From Phoronis australis (taxonomy: Eukaryota > Animalia > Phoronida), in contig NMRA01000011.1 in assembly GCA_002633005.1 (NCBI GenBank), positions 1,193,513 through 1,257,512 of the forward strand: a stretch of 64,000 bases of DNA. The letters run 5' to 3'. Position numbers and translations under genes: made by a program. The notes below the pieces were generated by a model. That model had not been told where the DNA came from, searched no databases, and saw nothing but the letters and a program-made list of their open reading frames with translations. Positions 50,611-62,840 of the stretch are shown in pieces; the first letter of the stretch is position 1, and the number at the start of each line of letters is the position of its first letter.

Positions 50611-53600
50611 ATTCTCGGGGAACTTCAAATACAAAATTTATAGAGTGTAGCGAGAAAAAAGATTTAGCAGAACAACCTTGGAACCACGCAACCTGCGTGG
50701 ATGTTTGTTTACTACTTATCCGGGGTCAAAGGTTACAGGGCTGTCACTCAAATCGAATGTCCCGCCAGGTACAGAGCAGCTTCGTACCCTCAGTCCTTTC
50801 ATTCACCGAGTCGCCATATCATTGAGTCAACAAGGTGTGCAATCATGTTATAGAACAGTACCAGGGAAAATGAAGACAAAACTGATTCTGAGGGAGTTGT
50901 GCGTCTACATGCGTATGACCTCTGTGACTGTGGTCACGAACACAGCAAATTGTAAAAAGAGATAAATCCTCACCCAAATTCCTTAATTAGATAAGTGAAT
51001 TGACATTTCGCTGTTTCGATCTCATGCTAACGACGTGCTTCAATCACCGACTAGATTTTTTATGTCAATTTCTTACTTGGTTTCATATCAGTCTCCCGGC
51101 GCATGGTGTGTACTTTTAAATAGGTCACACCTCTTGGCTGGGGACAGTAAAGATTTGATGCTTTAGCGATAATTAAATTAATTACACACTGCAAATTCAG
51201 TTGACATTGCGAGTGAATGTTGACAAAGTTAGCGTGGTTGTGGCATGTATAAGTTATATTGACCAAAAACAAGTTTTCACCGAATAATTAACCAAAGACA
51301 TTGAGATTTTTACTCACCCCAGTTTAATTGGCTTTTTCGCAGCTTCGGCAAATCGACTTAAACAGCTCAGTGGATTTCGCTGAAACTTTTCAAACTTAAT
51401 ATTTATTCATCAATCTAAAAACACTTGTTAGAATTTTTTATATAAAGACCCAGTTTTTGCGTAATGTAATAAAAGACGAATACAACTTCTATTTTTTACA
51501 AAAATACCTTAAGTTTTGCGAGTTGATTTGTCATAAAAACCAAACGAAAAGACTAATCAAAAATAGCTAACAGCATTTTTGAGGTAACTGGTTTTCATTT
51601 TAAAAAGGTTTCATTAATCAAAATCGACCGAGGGGTTATTTTGCTATGAAATTTTGACTTAAAAAAGTATTAATGTAATAATAATAATGGTACATAAATA
51701 TAAAACATATTTTTATATTCCCTGATCATTTTTCTTTCCGAAAATATATACTTTTACTAGTTGACAAAACTTAAGTTTTGTTGATATACGAGTCAGACTG
51801 GAGGCCATTAAATAATAGCCTTCCATCACACACAAATTCTAGGTCCAGGGGCAGAATTAACTAAATCACCATGTATTCATATCATCTATATACATGTATA
51901 TCACTAATTTCAAACAAAAATAATTGTAAAAATTGTCTTTTTCATTTTTCAGTGTCTCCTAACATTCTTCTGAATGACCATAATATTTCAACGTACTGTC
52001 TCATGATAGCACTAATTAGATATCATGTCAAATACTTTTATAAATAATGAGAAAAGCAAGTTTTATTGTTTACCATGTCGCTCTAAATGGCCAAGACTTT
52101 ACAGCAGAGAGTAAATCGCTTCTTCTCAGTTTGCCAAATAGTCTTTACACAGCATAGGACGACCATGTTCAGCAACAACAACAGGTTGTACAGGTGGACA
52201 GTCGGAAAAATCTCCATGATGTAAACACCATAACGTTACATGTACAAATTTCTGCAAGTTCTTCAAATAAGTACACAAATTTTGATCTACATACACCTGT
52301 TTTGTTTCCACCAGCTCAGAAGCTTTGGATATCAAAGGTGGGACAATTTCCACTTTCAGTGCTACCACTTGATCGTCTATCTCGCAAGCATAGTTTTGCT
52401 TCTCACGTTTGAACCTCGAAGCACTAAACCAACTTTTGAAACTTGAAGCAAAACCAAGATGTTAAAAGCTTTTCACCAGTTTAAAACAAATAGATACAGA
52501 CATTGTTGTGTTTCTTGTTCCAAAGTCAACAAACAAAATTGGTAAAACTGGGGGAAGAATTCCCTTTGGCTGGTTTGAAATTTGAACCATGGCCTTATAA
52601 AAAGATCCCCTTTTGGCAAGAAAATGTTTTGGCAATGCGTGATCCCTGAACAAAGGTCAAGGGTAAACATAATTTACAATCAGGATGGCTGAAATTTTAT
52701 TCAATTACATTTCAAATATAACATTAATGTCAAGTTTAATTACATGGAATAACAATTAAAACTTTTATACACAAGACATGTAAATAAAAACAAAGCAGAG
52801 GATAGCTTCAATAATTATGCTTTTGATCCCAGGCTTCTATGTTTTAAATTATACTGAACAGGAGTTAAACACCACAGGACTCAGTAATTTGCCACAGCAA
52901 ACAAAGGCCTCGCAAGAGGAAACTGAAATGATATCAAACATGAATATAATTATTATAATCAGATATTACTTTTGTTACAAAATTACGGTTTTCTGAAGAC
53001 AAACTACAGAGACCAGACTAAAATTTGCCAAACAAAATTAACACATTACAGTAAAATCAAAATTAAAACAACACATTCATTTAAATGATGCTAAATTGCA
53101 CAATTTCTTAAAACGAATTTCTTGTTGGTGAAATGATAGCTATTTTACAAATATGCAAATTGCCTGAATGCCAAAAACACAAATATTGAGAGCAAAACAA
53201 TGTCTTGTTTATTACCAAAAGCAGTTAATAGTTGATCTGCGACATTTTATTTATGTTCCGTTCACAAGAGATCAGGACTTTGTGATAGTTAAACCAAAGT
53301 TATGTTGTCTACAACTGACTACAGTTTACAGGCAAACTTCCAAATTCCTCGAGTGGCACCAGGGTGTTAACAAATTTCAATTAAAAGAACATACGCCACT
53401 CACTAATGTAGGCTCAATGACTAAACAATGGCAAAGCCAAAGCATAGAATTGTTAATTAATGAGCTGAAGATAGCATAACATGCAACAGGAAAGACTGCA
53501 CAGAGCCAGGGAAATGGTTAAAACAGAAGTGTCTACACAAAGTGATTACTAACTACTGCTCTATCACAAAGTAAGTTTAAAAATCTATAAAAAGAATACT

Positions 53601-55357
53601 CAGTTCCAAAGGTGTTTTATGTTTCATTGAAAAATAATGCTTCTAATTGGTTTCCTTTGGCTGGAGCAGCATCAATTTACACTCATTCATCAAGGAAAGC
53701 CTAGTACGAGATACAGTAAAATATCTCCTGCTTAGGACACAGCATGGCAGAGAAATGGATATTTTTCTCTCGTTTTTTAAAAATCTGTATCACCGAAATA
53801 ATGCTTTCCTATGTTCCATAGCTATCAACGGACAATATTTTATAAAATTGGGCCTCTTCATAACATTGTTAGAAGCTGTAGAAAAATGGGCAATCTTTGA
53901 CCTTTATATTGAATGAAATTGGTGGAATTTAATTACAGTAGAAATTCTCTTAAGTTTTTTCGTCATATTTTCATAAACACCAAATGCCAGCTTTTATCTA
54001 TTCCGAATTCCTTATGACAAATTTCTCAAATGCACCAATTTGAATAAAAACAAACAATTTGAGGATAACAAGGATACTCCAAGTTATCAAGGATAACTGA
54101 TGACCATTCCATGCCAAGAATTGTATGATGGCGCTTGGTTTACATCAAAATCCAACTGCTGCCTAGTGGTTTGGTAATTGGCCTAATTATGTTGCACACC
54201 CAGTAAAATTAATGAAGAACTTACTATTGCAACATGATTAAACAAACACTTTAGGCTGTAAAAGTTACATTTCTTGTCCAATTTTCAAAATTCAAAAACC
54301 TAATTACGTGTGTTTTTACAAACTATTCGAATACGCTATTTACAAACTTTCAAAACGAAAATTTAAAAATACTATTGTTGCCCCGGGTGTTTATGATGGG
54401 TCTCAATATCTAGAGAAGGATAACATCAGCAGCCTGAAGTGATTTAATTAACCACAACAGCATGGTGTCTTTGATCTAAACTGGCAGATTCTGAAGTACG
54501 CAAACCAGCCGAGTTGCCCAATCCACCAGTTAGGGTGTCAACGAAAGATACTTTTCACACAATAAACATTTCAAAAGCACCAACCTGGGTCACCTTGACT
54601 GATTCAAATGTGAAACTGAACCATTTCAATAATACCTTTGAATTTATTGGGAAATACTTGCTTAGTGGAGAGAAGTTAATTACAACAATGAGAATTCCAA
54701 AAGCCAGTGAAATTGCCATCGTCATTTGGTTGAAAGGATGTATTGTTGAATCAGCTCTACGACAGAGAAGGCATCACAAAAAATCCCCAGCGACATATCT
54801 AATACCCTCGGAAGGTGTTTCCACCATATTCAGTTATTTCCAGCAAACCCCGTTACCAGCCTGTTGACAGGTAACACAGCCAAAGCACTTCATCCCAACT
54901 CAATAGGCATTAAGACAATTGAAGGAGACTAAACAGCAGGATTGTAAGTTTGAAATGTTTTACCACACTGTGATTAGTTGATGTAGACAGTTTATAAATT
55001 ATCCTGTTGGGAAAACTTACACCACAACACAGAAGAGCACGCCTGTTAAACAGACATCACAACCATTTAATTTTGAGTGAGGTCTCTGCGGAAATGTTCA
55101 ACTGTGGCAAGGCTGACAAAAAAGCGTCTAAATAGAGTAAATCGAATTTTTACGATACAGCAATCAGCAAGACTGTCAAGTACTAATTAAAGAAGTTCTG
55201 ATAACATGTAGAGTTTATTAAAAATGAATAAAGTTCAAATAGCACACTTTTGGGGCAAAACATTGAAGATACTGTGTCAGTTTAGTCAATCAATCTACAA
55301 CAATCTGACGAGTAGATGGCATGCTAGCAGAAGACACCAGTTGACTATGCAGCAGGG

Positions 55358-55510
55358 AAGTGAGGTTGGACAAGGGAGGATGGGAGTGGGGGTCGGTTAA
55401 GGGAGGAGGGGTCAGTTAAGAGAGGATGGAGGATTGAGTCGGTTAAGGGAGGGGAAGGGTGGGGTCTGTTAAGGAAGGAGGGTAATGGGGTCGGCTAATG
55501 GAGGAGGAGA
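55358..55510. repeat. Purine-rich degenerate ~20-bp tandem repeat
   Basis: GGGTC(G/A)GTTAAG(G/A)GAGG units, about six copies. Confidence 0.75.
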
Positions 55511-56211
55511 ATGAAGCAATTCATTGGGTGTTAACCAATACATAATGTTGCTATTTGATCACACAAAGACCCATGAGGCAGAAAATCTGGGAACTTGAGG
55601 CTACATTCTCTGAGTTGAGAATTCATTTATTTGATAAGAACTTTACAACTACACATATAAACATTTGAACAACTTGTTTACCTAATGAACAACTTGTTTA
55701 CCTAATGAACAATTTCTCATCCATTCATCTAGACTGATTTTTGGAACAGCGACTCATGATTTAGAAAAGAAATGTGATTGACTAAAAAGTGTCATAGTAT
55801 TACATGACCATGCTATCAGTGCATTAACTGTGTGCTACTTCAATTTTCCACGGATTACGACCAATTTAGAAGAGCAGGCCAAAGCTCATATTTTGCCACA
55901 TTTTGTAACAGAGAAACGCCCATGCAGATAACAAGATGTAACTAAGACAAACATACACAAGTTTATGGAAAGGTTGTGAAAACATAGACATGAATATTAC
56001 CATTTGGCCAGGAGTGCAAATACTGGACTTATTTAGGAAGAACTGAAAGTTATCCGTATCCATGGGAACAAATGATACTGATGCACAAATGTGACATTTC
56101 AATTGTAAAAAAATGTAAAAGCGAATTCTATAAATCTCTTGGAATAACGTCAGACTTGGACTGGTTTTAATGGTGTATCCTGTGACCCTAAAATTCACCA
56201 CCAAAATACAT

Positions 56212-57485
56212 AACAAGAGCAACGCGGGGCGTTGAAATGCGTTGCAAATGGTGTGATTTTAGGGTTATTTATTTGTATCATAAAAATGGCCTAGATGGCG
56301 CAAAAACATACAATCCATCCAAAAACAGGAAAATGCCATATTTCATAAAAATCTGTCAAGGAACTTCAGAGATACAAAGAAAAACAGAATAAAATGAAAT
56401 TGCCACTAGTGGGCACAGTGTCTGTTGGATCCGCCTGAAAGTCGTCATCATCGTCTGTTATCTTCATATCAATACACTTACTAAATTTAATAAAGATCCT
56501 GCAGTGGGTTAAGGAGATGCAACTATGGGCGCAAAACAAAACTACCACTAGGAGGCGCAACAGTAGTCAGTCACCATCATCAAAGGTCGTCTTCACACTG
56601 AGAACATATATGCCAATTTTCAAATGATTTGCTCGATACCGGGGTGTACACCAAAAACAAGATTTGAAAACAGCAAAAATGGCCACTAGGTGGTGCAAAA
56701 TACTTCGATTCCATCCAAAAACAGGAAGATAGCGTCGTCACATTAAAAGATGCCTACATTTAAAATTTTATGAAAATCTGTTGAGGACCTTTGAAGATAC
56801 TGAGTTAAACGTAAAAAAACTAAAATTGCCACTAGGGGACACAGCAGTAGACAGATCTGTCCGAAAGTCGTCGTCATCCGTAGTCAACATCATATAAATA
56901 CACTTGCTAAATTAAGTAAAGATCCTGCGAATGGTTTAGGAGATACAGCCATAGGAACAACAAAAACAAAACTGCCACTAGGAGGCGCCACAGTTGTCGA
57001 AATCGTCGGAAAAACATCGTCAACCGTCCTCTTTATAGTAAGCACATACCTGCCAATCTTCACAATCATCCTTTGAGTGGTTTGGTTGATAGAGGGGTGG
57101 ACGCAAAAAAAACAGACTCGAAAACAGTAAAAATGGCAACTAGGTGGCACAAACTACGTGAAATTCATCCAAAAACAAGAGGATAGCGTCATCTCACTAA
57201 TAGGTGCCTACATAACAAATTTCATGAAAATCCGTTCAGGACTTTTGAATATACAAAGGTAAGCGTAAAAAACTAAAATTGCCACTAGGGGGCACACCGG
57301 TAGTCGGATTTGTTCGAAAGTTAGCTCATGCCGTCCCATTCATGAATGGAACATATGTGCCAAATTTCATGAACGTATGTCAAAGGGTTTTGGAGATAGA
57401 GCAGCAGACACTGGACGGACGCCGCCTGGACGGACGGAGATGACGGCATAATGCGTCCACATATAAATATGTGGGTGCATAAAAA
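56212..57485. mobile_element. DINE-1/HINE-like (non-autonomous Helentron-type) element with internal ~145-bp tandem repeats
   Basis: Begins AACAAGAG followed by a short hairpin (CAACGC-GGG-GCGTTG). Has a GGAC microsatellite near the end, a terminal hairpin ATGCGTCCACATAT-AA-ATATGTGGGTGCAT, then AAAAA. Internal repeats show a ~430-450-bp higher-order period. Confidence 0.65.
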
Positions 57486-57598
57486 TGATGTTTCCGTTAT
57501 GAAGTTAAATCACAGTTCAATCCTCCTGCCCTGAATCTGCAATATCATGTCTTACAGCACTTAATCCTAGAATGCTATAGAAAGACAGAGAGCGCTAC

Positions 57599-57627
57599 CA
57601 AGGAGTGTACTAGTACTACACTCCTTG
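57599..57627. mobile_element. 29-bp palindromic mini-element with a 7-bp flanking direct repeat
   Basis: GCGCTAC-[CAAGGAGTGTA ctagtac TACACTCCTTG]-GCGCTAC. Confidence 0.7.
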
Positions 57628-58611
57628 GCGCTACTGATCAATGTATATTTAGTAAAAGCAACGGACCAGGGAGGGGGAGCGGGGTTGATGTAATCTAGGT
57701 CCCAGTAAACAGTTGTAATTTAACAAAATGAACAGTCTACCATTAAATTCATATGAACTCTGAGCAACAAATTCATAGTTTAGTAAATGAACTACATTGG
57801 TAAAAGTTTTGAAGCCCTTACACAAGCCTGAATGAGTAAGATATGAGTAAAGAGTGGTGAACTGGCAAAATATTTCTGGCTACAAAAACCAATATTGTTT
57901 GTTTTTTCTTCAGAGATTGAGTTCCTTATATTTAGTTAGAACAATGACTGCATTTCCAATAGCTACAGTGTATTGACTACTATTTCAGCAATTTACTGTA
58001 GTCAAAACAAGAGCAATGGTCAGAAAATGTCACAAATCAGATAAAGCCCAAATTTTTAACCTCTGTGTCATATCTTCCAACAAAAGTACTTTTAACATAA
58101 AATGAAATAAATTACCCAAATTATTCATATAGCAAAGCATCTGGTTTCTTTTTTGTTAAAATATTTTTAGAGGATGTTTTGTAAAACCATGAAGTGTACT
58201 GAAGAGGGCTATATTAATAGAGTTACACTTTAACTACAGAAAAACACAGAAATACAGCTGGAAATGAGAAGCTTTTTAAATTCGACAAGAGAGGGCAGCT
58301 CAGGCTTTGCGTGCATGGAAGAAGCAGACAATACCAGATGCAATGAATGATGCTAAAAAGCTATTCCCCATGTGTAAGACAATGAATAACGATAAATATC
58401 CAGTTTGTTGATGAGATTAAAACAAAAGCAAAATAAAGATAAAACAGCAAGAGCTCACAGTAACCTTGGGCTGCCTTTGTTGACAATAAGGTACTTGAAA
58501 ACTTGCTATCAACAGTTTTTAAATGTTACCTTGTTTATAATCTCCTGTTGACAAATTGTCATTGAGGGAGGGGGGACTACATAGTTGCTGTGCCACTGGT
58601 GCCACTTTCAA

Positions 58612-59138
58612 GGCACTTTCCCATTAGGGCAACTTCGGTTTAATGAAGCTTCGCCGAAACTTCGCTTACCTTTCCCACTAAACGGCGATACCAAATTTAT
58701 CGCTAAGATACCGGACGACGCAGTTTATTTATACTTTCAAATATTGAGTAGTGGATTCGAGGCTACCTGAAAATTGTTCTCCTGCCATTTACGAGTTTTT
58801 ATGAAAATGACCAGTGTCATTCTTCATCAGATATGCTTTGTTTTATTCATTTACGTCTGTCTATTGAGAGCATATCGGCTACGCTACAACAACAAAGAAC
58901 ATGTTTTGCAAGTCTCGTGTGAACGTATATCGTTGTCACGTCCTCTACCGACAACTTCAGCAAAGTTTTGCTTTGACCTTTCCCACTACACCGAAGTTTC
59001 AGTGTGTATCCAAGCTTAGCTTTTAAATTCTGTTATTTTCAGCAAAGTTTCGCTAGCAGATTAACTACCGGAGTTAACCTTTCCCACTTACAGAAACTTC
59101 GGTAAAAGTGAAGTTTCCCCCTCTAATGGTAAAGTGAC
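58612..59138 (+). mobile_element. Non-autonomous DNA element (Harbinger-like ends), ~530 bp
   Basis: TIR GGCACTTTCCCATTAG ... CTAATGGTAAAGTGAC, internal CCTTTCCCACT repeats, homologous to 38403-38975. Confidence 0.75.
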
Positions 59139-59300
59139 TTGTGGCAAGTGTTAGCAGAAGAGTAAAGCATGGTGAAGTCACCTGGCCTAAAGATCTCTGG
59201 AACTTCTTCCAACCGAGTCTATTGAATTACATGACTGCGCTAATTACTGGAATTACCATTTTGGAAAGTTTATTTCTGAAACAGAAAGGGCATCTTACCT

Positions 59301-59365
59301 TCACGATGGTACGACAGCAACGACAATGATGGCTATGAAGAGGAAGACGATGACAACCAACATGG
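59301..59365 (-). CDS. STX8: Syntaxin-8 last coding exon (tail-anchor transmembrane helix)
   Basis: Minus strand tactttcAG | (A)MLVVIVFLFIAIIVVAVVPS*, in frame with the 102-nt exon; cf. human GMIMVILLLLVAIVVVAVWPTN. Upstream exons were not found in the window and presumably lie beyond it. Confidence 0.88.
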
Positions 59366-60339
59366 CTGAAAGTAACAACGGTGCCAATATTTGTGTTACA
59401 CGTGAACTAAGAAATATGCCGGCAAATGATGCAAGAAGAGTTAATTGTTTTAATAACTGCAGAAACTCGAGACGAGGAATATTATATATCCTCATTAGAG
59501 GTTGACATCTTAAGTTACATGCTGTTTTCAGGGGGTAGAGGAGGGCAATTAATTAAAGATTTACTATTTTATGATACCTAATCCACAGCGTGAGCATAAA
59601 CACAAAGCTCACTGTTCTGTAACCATCTTCTTGGGAGACAAATGTCCCTCACAGCAGTCAATACCGCAGGGAATGTTGTCATTTCTTGGTTTATTTATTT
59701 TCTTAATAACTGCCCCCTATCCTTGAGGTGTTAAAACCTCACATATTTATTCAGTGTGTGTTAACATTCACACACCAGTGGACAGATACCCACATCCTCT
59801 GTTTGACAACATTGTCATGTTATAGCATTCAAAAATGACACCTCTACCACAGGCAAGGTCAGTGCAACTATCCCCAGTGGCTTTGTGGTTACGTGGTTTA
59901 CCACTAGGTGGAGAACATGACTTCCACTTTCAATGCCCCCTGTTAAATTGCTCATTTTGTTAGGAAAAAAGAATGGCCAGCAGAGCAACTCCGGTGATAG
60001 ATGATTCTTAACAACTCCTGACCAATAATTGGTAAAACACAATGGCAGTCACACCTGTCTCATAATTAAGTACATTCGTCATCCACTGACTTGCAATCTT
60101 CATGTAACCCACATAGACTTAATTTCAACATTTAACTCAGGTAAATGTCGCTTGAAAAGACGGTTTTCATAAAAACGTGCACGCACTTGAAACTTGTTCA
60201 ATGTCAACTGAAACTCTCCCACAGCCAAAGAGGCACCCACACATTCCGTCATAAAGCAACTATTGACATTGATCACTTACTGTTATAAACATTGATCTCA
60301 TTTTTTCCCTTGCTCTCATTACTGATTTCTAAGCTTCAG

Positions 60340-60737
60340 TGGCCAGTTTCACGAAACTGTCCCAATAAGGACTCGGCAATGCTCCCTATGCCTTCAACAC
60401 ATTTCTAGACTTTGTTTACTCACCAATGTTGTACTTTCAGACCACTTTCTTGAGTAGTGAGCTTCCTTTTTACTCAACACATTTTCTAATTATGATACAT
60501 GTGAACACTGAGCCTTATTTCAATGAACATAAACAGGGACTAAGACCTCAAATTAGGAGCGTTGCATGCAAAGCCTTTATTTATTTTCAAAAAATATGAA
60601 GAACTTAGAATTTACTCTCAGAATGTCTCAAAGCTAAAACATGACGTAGCAGTAAAGATAAAATAACAGCACAAATGTGATGAAAATTTAGTTAATATAG
60701 TCGAGTCCTTACTCAAATTGTTTCATGAAACTGGCCA
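60340..60737. mobile_element. Harbinger-like MITE (398 bp) in the STX8 intron
   Basis: TIR TGGCCAGTTTCACGAAAC / GTTTCATGAAACTGGCCA with CAG on both sides (60337-60339, 60738-60740), plus a subterminal TAAGGACTCG/CGAGTCCTTA inverted repeat. Confidence 0.8.
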
Positions 60738-61474
60738 CAGGAGGAATGGTAGTTATTGGTTCAGGCCAGGCTCAAGAAGTTTGTTTGTCATGGGGAGTTA
60801 TGTTACTTTCCCACCAAAACTGCAACTTTGTATGTTCTAATGCAACTCCAACACGACTCAACTTACCTTTCCCATTGACTAGCCACAAAGGAGTGATTTA
60901 AACACCAGGTGGAGTATTTGATTCATATTTTCGAACTATTGAACTCAAGATTAATTAGCATCTCCTGCCATTTACAATGAATAATGCCAGACTGATCAGT
61001 GTTATGCTCTGTCAAATTTATGCCATCATATTCCTCTACCTGCAACTATTGATAGTTTGTAATGAAAGCCGCAGGAATGATGACTCTAATCGAGTCTCCC
61101 ATGACTGATATTGCTAACGGTAGCGATTACTAAAACCTCAGTGGAGTTAATGTTTCCCACTGAAGTGAAGTACACACTCCACACTTTAAAACATCTATTT
61201 TGAGAGGAGTTGCGATGGCTAATTAAGTCTGGAAGTTGCACTTTATGCAAAAAGGGAAGTTGCAGTGTTGTTAGGAAAGTGACATTAATTTCAGCCACTA
61301 TATCGGCCACGGAAAGACAATGCCCTTTATTGCGACCAATTTCAATTGAAACAAACTTTAAGGATAAAAACAACAATGACATCATTTCAAAGAGAGTTGA
61401 TGTTTTTTAATACAAGAACATGGTATACAGGGCGCTAATCTACATATGAGAGACAAATCTTGTGGCAAACTTAC

Positions 61475-61576
61475 CACAGGAGCCGGACTTTTTCTCAATA
61501 ATGGCTACATGACGTGTTTCCTTTATCAGCCTCGTGTGTGTCCTGTCTGTATGATCTGTGATGTCGTCAATTATTT
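61475..61576 (-). CDS. STX8: Syntaxin-8 penultimate coding exon (C-terminal half of the Qc-SNARE motif)
   Basis: Minus strand tttttatttttcAG | 102 nt | GTAAG, phase 1-1, encoding (E)IIDDITDHTDRTHTRLIKETRHVAIIEKKSGSC; cf. human STX8 EIIDDLANLVENTDEKLRNETRRVNMVDRKSASC (from memory). Confidence 0.88.
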
Positions 61577-62381
61577 CTGAAAAATAAAAACAATTAAGGA
61601 TCATGAAATAAAAGTTTCATCAAAAATACTTCAAATTTTCCTAAGTTATACATGAGCAACACTGCCACCTATCGAAAACCTTTCATGACGGGCAACAGAG
61701 CAGAAAAATAGCCTTATATGAAAATATGAGGCAGTGTGGCCAAGTGGGATAAGTGTTCGCTTCGTGGGCTCAAGACCCACTGGGGCATACTGCTAGATTC
61801 TTGAGCCAGGTTTCTATCTCCTCAGCTCAGTTTTTACTAGATAATAATAAAGCATAAAAATGGCCCCATGTGATCAGTGCAATGAGCCCACCTGAGGAGC
61901 CTACGCACATCTGGTACAACGTAGACCAGACCACCTGCAATTATTTTTTAAAAATACAAGGACACCAATCAAATTTTGGTGTTTTTTTCACAAAGCTGCA
62001 TAGTAACCAGACATGCGCATGATATTTCTTCCACTGCACTGTCACTCTTGTCTATCAAAACCATCATCACCTTCTTTCCTCTGGAATGAATCAAGTGTCA
62101 CACTACAAAAGTTACATTGTTGGCAACAGGAAATTTGAAAAGCTGGACAAATATTCCTGGAAATGCAGTTAATGCAACAAAACTCAAAAGTGACTGGCAT
62201 TTTGAAAATTAGGTCACTCATTTACCGTTTTTTCGTAACCTTAGTGACAAGTGAAGTCTTTTGGACAGTGCAATTAAGCCTTTCCCCAATATCATGCGAC
62301 TGAGACAAAACAAGTCAGGGATAAGTGCTTGCTCCATTATATCAAAATCCATTGAAATGTACAAGACAATAGCATAATAGT

Positions 62382-62840
62382 AACTAGAAAGATTATTGTC
62401 ACGGGCGTGACAATAATGGACACTGCGCGCGTGTATTAAATGAATTGTTATGGGAAGTTACAGACAGCAACCCGTTAACCAATTCGAAAAGGAATTCTTT
62501 AAAATTGTAGGAATAATACCATGTTAATATTTTGATGACCTTTCCACTAATTGACCTGTTTTGGTGCATTATGAGCCCCGATGAGAAAATAATTGTAAAC
62601 TCGATTAAAAGTGTGGTTAATGCTAAGAATCACAGGTGTTTTACCTTAAGCACTTTAGAATACAATATGAATGAATTGGTCAAACTTTCAGAAGTAAAAT
62701 GCACCTAATGACCCCATGGGTGCACCAAATGACCCGATAATTTAGAATTCAAACTCAATCACATTTACTAAACAGATATGTAATTTTTAAGTATCTAGCT
62801 CAAAATTTTAGTTTGCACTCAATGACCTTCGACCTATTTT
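62382..62840. mobile_element. Probable 5' fragment of another HINE-like element
   Basis: AACTAGAAAG start followed by a perfect 12-bp hairpin ATTATTGTCACG-GG-CGTGACAATAAT (62392-62417) and TGACC repeats. The far end is not identifiable. Confidence 0.4.

Noticed and set aside
61728-61860. tRNA-like A-box (TGGCCAAGTGG); a similar stretch occurs near 59877-59945
   Set aside because: No cloverleaf or intact B-box; at most decayed tRNA-derived SINEs, too degenerate to call.
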